Of a stretch of DNA of 64,000 nt, positions 19,101 to 27,848 are shown piece after piece. This stretch comes from Acetobacteraceae bacterium (GTDB lineage Bacteria > Pseudomonadota > Alphaproteobacteria > Acetobacterales > Acetobacteraceae). The notes under the pieces were generated by a model that worked only from the letters and a program-made list of their open reading frames with translations, ran no database searches and was not told the DNA's origin. The first letter of the stretch is position 1. Each line of letters starts with the position of its first letter. Both the position numbers and the translations under genes were made by a program. The stretch covers positions 1,807,959 to 1,871,958 of the forward strand of contig CBDHCD010000003.1 of NCBI GenBank assembly GCA_965260995.1. The letters run 5' to 3'.

Positions 19101-19257
19101 CGCGATCATGGGTGGACTAGTGAGCGCGACGGTGCTGACGCTGTGCTTCGTGCCGGCGCTCTACGCCGCGGCGATGGTGCGGCGCGGCCACCTCGACCCG
19201 GCCTGGCCGCCACCGGTTGACCAGCGTTCGCGCGTGGATCAGTCACTGGTGCGGTAA
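16150..19257 (+). CDS. AcrB/AcrD/AcrF-family RND efflux permease
   Basis: 1035 aa starting from ATG 16150, which overlaps the adaptor stop (ATGA). N-terminal 'LSAWALRHRALTLFAMLALAVGGALSY' and repeated 12-TM architecture. Track ORF 15748..19257 carries a spurious Arg/Gly-rich extension. Confidence 0.93.
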   Translation: MSGNLSAWALRHRALTLFAMLALAVGGALSYVSLGRAEDPAFTIKDMVIVIDWPGASADEMSRQVTDRIERKLEDLPHLDHTQSQTQPGHAVVQVTLRDDTPARQVAGLFYQVRKKVGDIRATLPDGVQGPYFNDEFGDTYGILYALTADGFSLPELKHVAEDVRERLLTVPGVGKVVLVGQQEERINIDVSYRKLAKLGLTVTDVFNAVRKENSVVASGFVDTPHDRIRVRTQPSLQAADALVGLPVMAGGRLLRLGDIATISRGTVDPPVATMRYNGQPALGLGISMAEGGDMLALGKQVASRIAEIEPTLPLGVRIGKLNDQASVVAADVGDFQESFLEALVIVLLVSFISLGWRTGIVVAVSVPLVLAGVFVGMKLIGIDLQRISLGAMVIALGLLVDDAIIAVETMTVKLEQGWDRMRAGSFAYTSTAFPMLTGTLVTAAGYLPVGLADSSTGEYTQDIFRVVGMALVLSWLVAVLFVPFLGAALLPEPKRHEVEHDVYGGRVYRRFACVVGWCVRRRWWVIALTVMAFGVSVAGFTRVPQQFFPASDRLEVLIDVRLPEGASFAATAAEVTRLETLLAGQPGIVSYAAYTGTGTPRFFLAFSPELDQPNYAQFVINTRSIADREALLRVLNEQLDRGAFPDVRLRPSRLELGPPVGYPVQFRVIGPDPLKLRAIAADVRRVMRGNPHVRNVGDNWGQLGKQVSLQLDQDKARRLGLTSEDVATTLQTLQQGATITHYREGTDQIPVVARAIASERQDLGAIGDVVITGANGRAVPLSQVATIRWEMEQPLVWRRDRTPALLVRADTTPGVQAPDATAEIEPLLAPIKAALPADYRIETAGAVEESAKGSASINKVMPLMLLVMLTLLMVQLQSFGRMLMVVATAPLGLIGVTGALLITGAPFGFVATLGFIALAGIIMRNSVILVDQIEQDLQAGLGAEEAIVGATVRRSRPIVLTAAAAILALLPLAFSVFWGPMAIAIMGGLVSATVLTLCFVPALYAAAMVRRGHLDPAWPPPVDQRSRVDQSLVR

Positions 19258-19335
19258 GAGCGGCCGCAGCGCCGGCTCGCGACGGGTCATGCGCTGACAC
19301 TCGTGGTGAGGGCCATGCCGACGCGACCCCGGCCG

Positions 19336-19779
19336 TCAATGGAACGGGCGAACCAAGCCAACCTTGATCATCTCGTTCGGGGCGATTCCATCGTCCGGCC
19401 TCTCGATTGTCGGCAAGGCATCGAGTTGCGCCGGGGTCAGGCCGACAACCGCGACGAACTCGCCGAGCAAGGCGACGGCCTCGATCGGCACCGCGATCGG
19501 GCGGGCACCGAACCCGAGCACGCCGCCGTAGTTCATCACTAGGTCGATGTCGCCGTTTGCGCGGCGGACCAGGCCGGCGACGCGGCCGAGCACGGGTTGC
19601 GACTCCCTTGGTTCCAGCACCTTACGGCCGATCAAGTCGCCGACTCGGACGGGTTGCGGAAAGCGGCGCGCGGTCTGCCGGGCCAACGCTGTGCGGTCGG
19701 GCAAGGGCTCCGCCCAGGATGCGGGTGCCGCGAGGGTCAAGGCGACGCAGAGAACGAGAAGGCGTCGGACGGGCAACAT
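19336..19779 (-). CDS. Secreted PRC-barrel domain protein
   Basis: Signal peptide 'MLPVRRLLVLCVALTLAAPASWA', then 'VRVGDLIGRKVLEPRESQPVLGRVAGLVRRANGDIDLVMNYGGVLGFGARPIAVPIE', which is PRC-barrel-like. I chose the internal ATG 19779. Confidence 0.7.
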   Translation of the reverse strand: MLPVRRLLVLCVALTLAAPASWAEPLPDRTALARQTARRFPQPVRVGDLIGRKVLEPRESQPVLGRVAGLVRRANGDIDLVMNYGGVLGFGARPIAVPIEAVALLGEFVAVVGLTPAQLDALPTIERPDDGIAPNEMIKVGLVRPFH

Positions 19780-19968
19780 GCTTTCACTTCGTGGCGGCAC
19801 CGCGATCATCGGGCGGCGGATGGGGCAGCATAACAGACATTCCGCGTTCCGGTCTCCTTCCGCAGGCACTCCGGCCATGAGTTTCGGTTATCAGTTCTAT
19901 GCACCAGTTTCCGCACCGTCGTCACGGCCGGCGTGTTAGCGTGAAACAGTAGGTGGGAGTGATAAGCC

Positions 19969-20616
19969 ATGAGCGCGGCCACGGTTCCGGTTGCCAGTCA
20001 CGGTGGGCGGCGGCTGCATCCCTGGCCGGTGCGGATCATGCACTGGACCAACGCGGTCGCGATGGTCGTGATGATCGGTTCGGGCTGGGGCATCTACAAC
20101 GACAGCGTGATCTTCGGCTCGCTTCACTTCCCGATCAAGCTGGGCGGCTGGGCGGCGGAAAGCCTGCTGTGGCATTTCGCCGGTATGTGGCTGCTGGCGA
20201 TCAACGGTCTGGCCTACCTCGCCTACGGATCGGCGACGGGGCGGTTCCGCGAGCGGCTGCTGCCGATCCGCGCGAGCGACTTGGTCCAGACCGTCCGTGA
20301 CACGCTGCGCTTCAAGGTCGCCCACGAGGATCTGACGACCTACAACGCGGTGCAGAAGCTGCTTTATATCGTCGTTATCCTGGCCGGGATCATGCAGGTG
20401 GCCAGCGGGATCGCGATCTGGAAACCGGTGCAGTTCTCCTGGCTGACGTCGTTGTTCGGCGACTTTCAAGGCGCGCGCCTGGCGCATTTCCTCGGCATGG
20501 CGGTGATCGTCGGCTTCCTCGTGGTCCACGTGGCGTTGTCGCTCCTGGTGCCGAGCACGCTGCGGGCGATGCTGACCGGTGGGCCTCGGCTGCCAAACGG
20601 GCGCGGACGGTCCTGA
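19969..20616 (+). CDS. Membrane di-haem cytochrome b (Ni/Fe-hydrogenase b-type / PhsC-like family)
   Basis: 215 aa with 4 TM segments and conserved His residues ('VRIMHWTNAV', 'LLWHFAGMW', 'RLAHFLGM', 'VVHVALS'). RBS is GGGAG. Confidence 0.8.
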   Translation: MSAATVPVASHGGRRLHPWPVRIMHWTNAVAMVVMIGSGWGIYNDSVIFGSLHFPIKLGGWAAESLLWHFAGMWLLAINGLAYLAYGSATGRFRERLLPIRASDLVQTVRDTLRFKVAHEDLTTYNAVQKLLYIVVILAGIMQVASGIAIWKPVQFSWLTSLFGDFQGARLAHFLGMAVIVGFLVVHVALSLLVPSTLRAMLTGGPRLPNGRGRS

Positions 20617-21392
20617 TGCTGCGCTCGCGGTTCCGCCCGGCGCGGCTGCCTGACCCGGCCATCCTCGACGATCATCGCCCGTTGATCCGGTCGCTGGAGC
20701 GGCGCGGCATCATCCGCGGCGGCTTGTCCCTCGGTGCGTTGACGATGCTGACGGGCTGCGACGCCAGCAGCTCCACATCGGTCGGGCAGGCGTTGCGGGC
20801 GATCTCGGCGTTCAACGACGCGGTGCAGGCGGCGCTGTTCGACCCGAACAAGCTGGCGCCGGAATACCCGGCCTCCGCGGTGCTGAAGCCGGCGCGGTTC
20901 AATGCCTATTACGAGATCGAGAAGGTCAAACCGGTCGATGGCGACTCCTGGCGACTCGAACTGGCCGGGCTGATCGACGATAAGAGGCCTTGGACTCGGC
21001 AGCAGATCGCTGAGATGCCTGAGCGCGAGATGACCATTCGTCATATCTGCGTCGAGGGATGGGACTACATCGGCCAATGGTCCGGCGTGCCGCTGCGGAG
21101 TTTCTTGGAACGGGTTGGCGCTGATCTGCGCGCGAAATACGTCGCGTTCAAGACGGCGGACGACTATCCGAGCAGCATCGACATGGCGACGGCGCTGCAC
21201 CCGCAGACGTTGCTGGCGAGGAAATACGCGGGCGAGACGCTGGCCGACCCGTTCGGGTATCCACTGCGGCTGCGCACGTCGACCAAGCTTGGATTCAAGA
21301 ATCCGAAATGGATCACCGCCATCGAGGTGACCAACACCTATCCGGGCGGATATTGGGAGAATCTTGGATTCAACTGGCAAAGCAGCCTTTGA
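20616..21392 (+). CDS. Molybdopterin-dependent oxidoreductase (sulfite-oxidase/YedY fold), probably an exported lipoprotein
   Basis: 258 aa. Contains 'RRGIIRGGLSLGALTMLTGC' (a Tat-like RR plus a lipobox) and 'HICVEGWDYIGQWSGVPL', typical of the Mo-oxidoreductase family. The start overlaps the cytochrome b stop (TGATG). Confidence 0.8.
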   Translation: MLRSRFRPARLPDPAILDDHRPLIRSLERRGIIRGGLSLGALTMLTGCDASSSTSVGQALRAISAFNDAVQAALFDPNKLAPEYPASAVLKPARFNAYYEIEKVKPVDGDSWRLELAGLIDDKRPWTRQQIAEMPEREMTIRHICVEGWDYIGQWSGVPLRSFLERVGADLRAKYVAFKTADDYPSSIDMATALHPQTLLARKYAGETLADPFGYPLRLRTSTKLGFKNPKWITAIEVTNTYPGGYWENLGFNWQSSL

Positions 21393-21584
21393 CGGCAGGA
21401 GTGTTTATTCCTCCCTCGTCCTGGTGACCGGCTTCACCTGATCGGCCGAGATGGATGCCGAGCCGATTTGTTGCATTTAAAAGACGGCACTGAATACTCG
21501 GCATGCTTCCGGGATATTTACGTCGGAACGGCTTACGGTCATACATGCTTTATGGTCTGAGGATGTCAGCAGGAGAGCCTAGAG

Positions 21585-23204
21585 GTGCCCGACCTTCCGG
21601 CAAGTTCGCCGATCCCGGAGCAGAGCAAACACCTTCGCCAACAAGCCGCCGAGCTCCAAGCCCAGGTCGCGTGCCTGCAGAAGGCCTTGGCTGCCGCACA
21701 GGCCGCGTTGGCCGCGCAGCCCGGGCCAGGCTCTGTGGCAGCTACCGGGCAGGGCTTGAGGCAGCAGGGCAAGGACATCGACCAGCCTTGCCCCGATGCT
21801 GTGGGTCTGGACAGTGGACCCCAGGATGTCGCGTTGCGGCGGCGGCAGGAGCGTTTGCACGCCATCATCGAGAGCGCGGTCGATTACGCGATCATCACCA
21901 CCGACTTCGAGGGCCGCATCACCGGGTGGAACAGCGGTGCCGTGCGGCTGCTCGGTTGGGATGAGCCGACGGCACTCGGCCGCCCGTTGCGGCTTATCTT
22001 CACGCCGGAGGACTGCGCGGTGGGGCTGCCGGAAACGGAGATGCGGCAGGCGCTCGCGGTCGGCAAGGCGATCGATGAGCGTTGGCACATCCGCCGCGAC
22101 GGCACGCGGTTCTGGGCATCCGGCGAGATCATGCCGTTGCACGACAGCGAGCCGTTGGGGTTCCTGAAAATCCTGCGCGATTGCACCGACCAGCGCCAGG
22201 CGGGCGAAGCGTTGCGCGAGAGCGAACAGCTTTACCGCCTCATCGTCGAGAGCGCGCGCGACTACGCGATTTTCACCACGGACCTGCTCGGCCGGATCAC
22301 GAGCTGGAACCCCGGCGCGCGCAACGTGCTGAAATGGGAAGAGTCGGAGGCGATCGGCCGGCCGAACTCGATTCTTTACACCCCAGAGGATCACTTGGCG
22401 GGCGTCCCGGAAGCCGAGATGGCGCAGGCATTGGCGGAAGGCAATTCGGAGCACGACCGCTGGCACCTGCGCGCTGATGGCCAGCGCATCTGGGGCACCG
22501 AGGTGGTCACGCCGTTGCAGGACGGCAGCGGCGCGGCGCACGGCTTCCTGAAAATCCTGCGCGACCGGACCGAGCAGAAACGCCAGGAGGAGCAGCGGCA
22601 GCTCCTGCTGGCGGAGCTGAACCACCGGGTCAAGAACACGCTCGCCATCGTGCAATCCATGGCATTCCAAACGGCGCGCACGGCGGCGTCCACGCCGGCC
22701 GCGATGTCGGACGCGCTCGAGGCGCGGCTGGACGCGCTGGCGTCCGCGTACAGCCTGCTGACGCAAGAGACTTGGGCCGGGGCCGAGTTGACGGACGTGG
22801 TGCGAACGACGCTCGCGCCGTACGGCATGGAGGGAGAACGAACGCGGGTGTCCGGCCCCGACTTGTGGTTGATGCCGGACAGCGCGCTCGTGATAAACAT
22901 GGCCTTGCACGAACTCGCGACCAATGCGGCCAAATACGGCGTGTTGTCGGTCGAGGATGGTCGGCTCGAGGTCAGTTGGTCACTGGACCGCCCGGCCGAT
23001 GCCGCGGGTGGGGCGACGCTTGACTTGCTGTGGCGTGAGCGAGGCGGGCCGCCGGTGGTACCGCAGCCGAAGCGCGGGTTCGGCTCACGGCTGATCGAGA
23101 ACAGCGTGTCCTACCAGCTCGGCGGCAGCGTCGTGCTCGAGTTCGAGCCGGAGGGGGTCGAGTGCCGGTTCCGCATTCCACTGCCCTCCACGGAGCGGGC
23201 CTGA
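21585..23204 (+). CDS. Sensor histidine kinase: coiled coil + 3 PAS domains + HWE/HisKA_2 kinase core
   Basis: Three repeats of 'IIESA.DYAI.TTD..GRIT.WN.GA...L.W...EA.G......FTPED......E.E...A...G......WH.R.DG..FW' are followed by 'ELNHRVKNTLAIVQS' and '...GFGSRLIE'. GTG start with AGGAGAG RBS. Confidence 0.9.
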   Translation: MPDLPASSPIPEQSKHLRQQAAELQAQVACLQKALAAAQAALAAQPGPGSVAATGQGLRQQGKDIDQPCPDAVGLDSGPQDVALRRRQERLHAIIESAVDYAIITTDFEGRITGWNSGAVRLLGWDEPTALGRPLRLIFTPEDCAVGLPETEMRQALAVGKAIDERWHIRRDGTRFWASGEIMPLHDSEPLGFLKILRDCTDQRQAGEALRESEQLYRLIVESARDYAIFTTDLLGRITSWNPGARNVLKWEESEAIGRPNSILYTPEDHLAGVPEAEMAQALAEGNSEHDRWHLRADGQRIWGTEVVTPLQDGSGAAHGFLKILRDRTEQKRQEEQRQLLLAELNHRVKNTLAIVQSMAFQTARTAASTPAAMSDALEARLDALASAYSLLTQETWAGAELTDVVRTTLAPYGMEGERTRVSGPDLWLMPDSALVINMALHELATNAAKYGVLSVEDGRLEVSWSLDRPADAAGGATLDLLWRERGGPPVVPQPKRGFGSRLIENSVSYQLGGSVVLEFEPEGVECRFRIPLPSTERA

Positions 23205-23587
23205 TGGCGGGTGGCGAGGGTGCGGCGCTGGGCGGCCTGCGCGTGTTGGTCGTCGAGGACGTGGCGGTCTTGGCATGGCGGTTGCGCGACCTGCTGGTGG
23301 AGGCGGGCGCCGTGGTGCTCGGCCCGGTTCCGAGCGTGGCCGGAGCGCTGACGTTGCTGACCGATGACGCCGTCGACGCGGCGGTGCTGGACAAGAACCT
23401 GGACGGGGCATCCTCCGATCCGATCGCCGACGTGCTCACGGCGCAGGGCGTGCCGTTCCTGTTCCTGACCGGTTACGGCTCTGGCGACGACGAAGGACGC
23501 CACGGGGACCGACCGACCTTGAGCAAGCCCGTCAAGGCCCAAGCGTTGATCACGACGCTCACGGCGATCACTGCCAAGCCGAGATAA
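23204..23587 (+). CDS. Single-domain response regulator (receiver only)
   Basis: 127 aa, 'LRVLVVEDVAVLAWRLRDLL...AAVLDKNLDG...PFLFLTGY...SKPV'. The ATG overlaps the kinase stop (TGATG). Confidence 0.85.
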   Translation: MAGGEGAALGGLRVLVVEDVAVLAWRLRDLLVEAGAVVLGPVPSVAGALTLLTDDAVDAAVLDKNLDGASSDPIADVLTAQGVPFLFLTGYGSGDDEGRHGDRPTLSKPVKAQALITTLTAITAKPR

Positions 23588-23795
23588 TCGGGCGCCCCCC
23601 GCTTTTGATGGCCCGATGCTTACGTGTCAGCGACTTGATGCTCGCAGTGGAGGGATCGGAGGGGTCGATTATGAACCTGACGTGACCAGTCCGTCCGTTG
23701 TCAGCCGGGCAAGGCCGTCACGAAACTGGCTTCAGGCACGGTCGGATGCGTCCTTGATGGATGCCGCGACCCTGACCCGGCATTGGCGTCGGACG

Positions 23796-25106
23796 TCACA
23801 CTGGCACCAATTCGCCGCATTGAACGTGTTCGACGCCGGCCGGAACCGGGCCGCCGGTGGCCCAGTCGAGTAGCTGAACGGTGTGGACGACCGGCAGTTC
23901 GGTGCCGGTGCCAATCTGGGTCATGCAGCCGATATTGCCGGCGGCGATGAGGTCCGGATGGGTACGCTCGATGTTGGCGACCTTGCGGTCGCGCAACTGG
24001 CCGGCGATCTCGGGCTGAAGGATGTTGTAGGTGCCGGCCGAGCCGCAGCAGATGTGACCCTCCGGCACGTCGAGCACCTGGAAGCCAGCGGCTTTGAGCA
24101 GGGCCTTGGGCGCGAGCGTCACCTTCTGGCCGTGCTGCAGCGAGCAGGCGCTATGATAAGCGACGCGCAAGCCAGTGGGCACGACGGCGGGTTGCAAGCC
24201 GATCTCGACCATGATTTCGCTGATGTCGCGGGCGAGATCTGAAATGCGGCGGGCGGGGGCGGCCAGTTCGGGGTCGTCGCGGAACATGAAGCCGTAATCC
24301 TTGATGGTCGTACCGCAGCCGGAGGCGTTGATGACGATGGCGTCCAGGCCCTCGCCTTCAATCTCGCGCGACCAGGCCAGGATGTTGGCGCGGGCGGCGT
24401 CGTGGCCGCCCATGCCGAGATGGTGGGTGAGCGCGCCGCAGCAGCCGGCCCCCTTGGCGACGACGACCTCGCAGCCGTGCCGGGCCAGGAGGCGGACCGT
24501 GGCCTCGTTGATGGCGGGGGCGAGCACCTGCTGGGCGCAGCCGCTGAGGATGGCGACGCGGCGGAGGCGCTGGCCGTCGGCGGGGGTGACGCCGGGACGG
24601 TCGACCGGGCTGGGCTTGGGCACGCGCTTCGGCGCGAGGGCGAGCATGGGGCGCAACCCCCGCGGCATCAGGCCGGCCAAGGGCTGGCCCATGACGGAGC
24701 CTTTCAGCGCCAAGCGGAAGCGCTTGGGATGCGGCAGGATGGTGGCCAGCAAGCGACGTAGGGCGCGCTCGTGCCAGGGACGGGTATAGGTCTGCTCGAT
24801 GTGGTGCCGGGCGTGGTCGACCAAGTGCATGTAGTTGACGCCGGACGGGCACGTGGTCATGCAGGCGAGGCAGGACAGGCAGCGGTCGATGTGCTTGACC
24901 ACCGTCTCGGTCGCCGGCTTGTTGTTCTCCAGCATGTCTTTGATGAGGTAAATGCGGCCGCGCGGGCTGTCGAGTTCATCGCCCAAGAGGACGTAGGTCG
25001 GGCAGGTGGCGGTGCAGAAGCCGCAATGGACGCAGGTGCGGATGATCTTGGCGGACTCGGCGGTGTCGGGATCGGCGAGCTGCTCGGCCGAGAAGTTGGT
25101 TTGCAT
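23796..25106 (-). CDS. glcF: Glycolate oxidase iron-sulfur subunit
   Basis: 436 aa with two ferredoxin-type clusters, 'CVHCGFCTATCPTY' and 'CLSCLACMTTCPSGV', plus CCG domains. Confidence 0.93.
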   Translation of the reverse strand: MQTNFSAEQLADPDTAESAKIIRTCVHCGFCTATCPTYVLLGDELDSPRGRIYLIKDMLENNKPATETVVKHIDRCLSCLACMTTCPSGVNYMHLVDHARHHIEQTYTRPWHERALRRLLATILPHPKRFRLALKGSVMGQPLAGLMPRGLRPMLALAPKRVPKPSPVDRPGVTPADGQRLRRVAILSGCAQQVLAPAINEATVRLLARHGCEVVVAKGAGCCGALTHHLGMGGHDAARANILAWSREIEGEGLDAIVINASGCGTTIKDYGFMFRDDPELAAPARRISDLARDISEIMVEIGLQPAVVPTGLRVAYHSACSLQHGQKVTLAPKALLKAAGFQVLDVPEGHICCGSAGTYNILQPEIAGQLRDRKVANIERTHPDLIAAGNIGCMTQIGTGTELPVVHTVQLLDWATGGPVPAGVEHVQCGELVPV

Positions 25107-25109
25107 AGG

Positions 25110-26315
25110 TCAGACGCCTTCCATCATGCGGCCTGGATTCAAGATGCCTTTCGGATCGAAGCCGGCCTTGACGCGACGGCTCAACGCCAGGAGCGGCGGG
25201 GCCAGCGGCTCGAACACCGGCACTGACGCGCGCACGGCGGGCGGCGCGCGGAACAGCGTCGCGTGGCCGCCGCGCTCGGCGACGGCGGCGCGAACGGCGG
25301 ACGCGCCGCAATCATCGTCCTCAGAAACCAACAGCCAAACCAGGCCGCCGGCCCAGTCGTAGAACGCCTCCGCACCGGGGAGGACGGCCTGGATCTGCCG
25401 GACGAGGCCGGGCGCTGCGGTAGGGGCGGTGCAGACGCGCCACAATGCGCCGGGCTGACCGGCGAACGGCCGGGCGGCGGCCACGGCGTCCCAGAAGCGC
25501 GTCGTGTCGGCAGCGCCGAGGCGATGCGCTTCGTTCAGGAGGGTGGCGACGGCGTCGGCCCGGAAGGCGACGGAAGGGCGTGGGCCTTCGATCCGGAGCG
25601 CGGTCGTGGGGCCGTCGAACTCGGACAGGCCAACGCGTTTGGCCACCGCGGCGGAGAGGTGGGCGGCGGCGGACACCTCGTGGGTGGAGTTGAGGGCGGC
25701 GGCCATCGAGGCCACGGCCTCATCGTCGGAGAGGCCGCGCAGCAGGACGGTGGCGGCGGTCTCCGGCCGGGGCAGGACGCGCACGGTGACCTCGATCATC
25801 ACCGACAAGGTGCCGAACGCGCCTGCCTGCAGCTTGCACAGGTCGTAGCCGGTGACGTTCTTGACCACCTTGCCGCCGGCCTTCCACGCGTCGCCCCAGC
25901 CGTTGATGGCGGCAAAACCAAGGAAGTGGTCGCGCGCCGCCCCCGTCCTCACCCGGCGCGGGCCGGATAGGTTGCAGGCCAGGGTGCCGCCCAGAGTGGG
26001 TTCGGCGTGGGCGTCGGCGCTCAGCACGGCCCGGACATCAGGCGGCTCCCAGGCGAGCATCTGCCGGTGCTTGGACAGTTGCTCCTCGATCTCGGCCATA
26101 GGGGTAGCGGCTTGGGCAGTGAGGACCAGCTCGGCCGGGTCGTAGTCGATGATGCCGCTGAGGGCAGAAAGGTCGAGGCGGTGCGCCGCATCGGCGGGGC
26201 GACCGAGGGCGCGCTTGCTGCCGCCACCTTGGATGTCGAGCGGTTCGCCCTCGGCCGCCGCCCAGGCGACCACCTGGGCGGCCTCTTGGGCGTCAGAAGG
26301 GCGATGCACAGGCAT
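25110..26315 (-). CDS. glcE: Glycolate oxidase FAD-binding subunit
   Basis: 401 aa with an FAD-binding PCMH-type domain, 'GGGSKRALGRP...NVTGYDLCKLQAGAFGTLSV'. It lies between glcD and glcF. Confidence 0.9.
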   Translation of the reverse strand: MPVHRPSDAQEAAQVVAWAAAEGEPLDIQGGGSKRALGRPADAAHRLDLSALSGIIDYDPAELVLTAQAATPMAEIEEQLSKHRQMLAWEPPDVRAVLSADAHAEPTLGGTLACNLSGPRRVRTGAARDHFLGFAAINGWGDAWKAGGKVVKNVTGYDLCKLQAGAFGTLSVMIEVTVRVLPRPETAATVLLRGLSDDEAVASMAAALNSTHEVSAAAHLSAAVAKRVGLSEFDGPTTALRIEGPRPSVAFRADAVATLLNEAHRLGAADTTRFWDAVAAARPFAGQPGALWRVCTAPTAAPGLVRQIQAVLPGAEAFYDWAGGLVWLLVSEDDDCGASAVRAAVAERGGHATLFRAPPAVRASVPVFEPLAPPLLALSRRVKAGFDPKGILNPGRMMEGV

Positions 26316-27805
26316 CAGAAGCGTGGCAGCTCAGGAAAGCGCACCTGGCCGGCGTGAACATGAACCCGGCCGAGTTCGGCGCACTTGCAGAGCTGCGGGA
26401 ACACTTTGCCGGGGTTGAGCAGGCTGTCCGGGTCGAAGGCGCACTTGAGGCGCTGCTGCTGGTTGAGGTCGTCCTCGTTGAACATCGTGCCCATCAGGTC
26501 GCGCTTCTCGACGCCGACGCCGTGCTCGCCGGTCAGCACGCCGCCCACTTCAACGCAGAGGCGCAGGATGTCGTTGCCGAACGCCTCGGCGCGGTGCAAC
26601 TCGCCCTCGACGTTGGCGTCGTAGAGGATCAAGGGATGCAGGTTGCCGTCGCCGGCATGGAACACGTTGGCGACGCGAAGGCCGTACTGGCCTTCCATCT
26701 GCTTCATGCGGGCCAGCACGTCGCCCAGCCGGCGCCGCGGGATGGTCCCGTCCATGCAGTAGTAATCGGGGGCGAGGCGGCCGACGGCGGGGAAGGCCGC
26801 CTTGCGCCCGGCCCAGAACAGCAGGCGCTCCTCCTCGTTCTGGCTGACCCGGCAACTGGTCGCGCCGTGCTCGGCGGCGATGGCCTCGACGGCCTCGACC
26901 AAGTGATCGACCTCGGCCTCGCAGCCGTCGAGTTCCACGATCAGCAGGGCTTCGGCGTCGAGCGGGTAGCCGGCGTGGACGAAGGCTTCCGCGGCCTCGA
27001 CGGCGAGGCGGTCCATCATCTCCATGCCGCCGGGGATGATGCCCGCGCCGATGACGGCGGCCACGGCGTCGCCCGCGCCCTCGACGGACGGGAAGCCGAG
27101 CAGGAGCGCGCGGGCGCCGGGCGGCTTGGGCAGGATGCGGACGGTGACCTCGGTGACGACGCCGAGCAGGCCCTCGGAGCCCACCATGACGCCGAGTAGG
27201 TCGTAGCCGCCGGAGTCGAAGTGCTTGCCGCCGAGGCGGACCACCTCGCCGTCCATCGTCACCATCTCGATGCCGATGACGTTGTTGGTGGTCAGGCCAT
27301 ACTTGAGGCAGTGAACGCCACCCGAGTTCTCGGCGACGTTGCCGCCGATGGTGCAGGCGATCTGGCTGCTAGGGTCGGGGGCGTAGTAGAAGCCCTGGTC
27401 CTGCACGGCATGGGTGATGCCGAGGTTGGTGACGCCGGGCTGGACGACGGCGCAGCGGTTGGGCACGTCGATCTCCAGGATGCGCTTGAACTTGCCGAGG
27501 CCGAGCAACACCCCGTCCTCGAGCGGCAGCGCGCCGCCTGACAGGGAAGTGCCTGCGCCACGAGGAACGACCTTGATGCCCTCGGCGCTGCAGTAACGCA
27601 TGATCCGGACGATCTGCTCCGTGGTCTCGGGCAGGACGACGACCATCGGCAGGGTGCGGTAGGCGGTGAGGCCGTCGCTCTCGTAGGCGCTGCGCTCCAC
27701 CTCGCTGTCGATGACGCCCTCGCCGGGCACGATGGCGCGCAACGCGGCAACGATCTCGGCGCGACGCGACAGCACGTCCTGGTCGGGCAGCGGCATGGTG
27801 AGCAT
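26315..27805 (-). CDS. glcD: Glycolate oxidase subunit GlcD (FAD-linked oxidase)
   Basis: 496 aa. Contains 'VVPRGAGTSLSGGALP', 'YAPDPSSQIACTIGGNVAENSGGVHCLKYG' and 'HAGDGNLHP'. Confidence 0.95.
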   Translation of the reverse strand: MLTMPLPDQDVLSRRAEIVAALRAIVPGEGVIDSEVERSAYESDGLTAYRTLPMVVVLPETTEQIVRIMRYCSAEGIKVVPRGAGTSLSGGALPLEDGVLLGLGKFKRILEIDVPNRCAVVQPGVTNLGITHAVQDQGFYYAPDPSSQIACTIGGNVAENSGGVHCLKYGLTTNNVIGIEMVTMDGEVVRLGGKHFDSGGYDLLGVMVGSEGLLGVVTEVTVRILPKPPGARALLLGFPSVEGAGDAVAAVIGAGIIPGGMEMMDRLAVEAAEAFVHAGYPLDAEALLIVELDGCEAEVDHLVEAVEAIAAEHGATSCRVSQNEEERLLFWAGRKAAFPAVGRLAPDYYCMDGTIPRRRLGDVLARMKQMEGQYGLRVANVFHAGDGNLHPLILYDANVEGELHRAEAFGNDILRLCVEVGGVLTGEHGVGVEKRDLMGTMFNEDDLNQQQRLKCAFDPDSLLNPGKVFPQLCKCAELGRVHVHAGQVRFPELPRF

Positions 27806-27848
27806 CGCGGTCTCCCTTGGTCTCCGGCAAATGGAGCCAGTTGCTTAT

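Noticed and set aside
21432-21480. Apparent hairpin atcggc...gccgat followed by a T-rich run downstream of the Mo-oxidoreductase gene
   Set aside because: The stem is only 6 bp. The internal 'gccgag' elements are direct repeats, not inverted ones. This is not a convincing intrinsic terminator.
21525-21549. GGAAC-N16/17-(T)GCTT upstream of the PAS-HWE kinase, considered as an EcfG-type general-stress promoter (GGAAC-N16-17-CGTT)
   Set aside because: The -10 element does not match CGTT; it reads TGCT or GCTT depending on the spacing. A lone GGAAC is expected by chance, so this is not enough to call.
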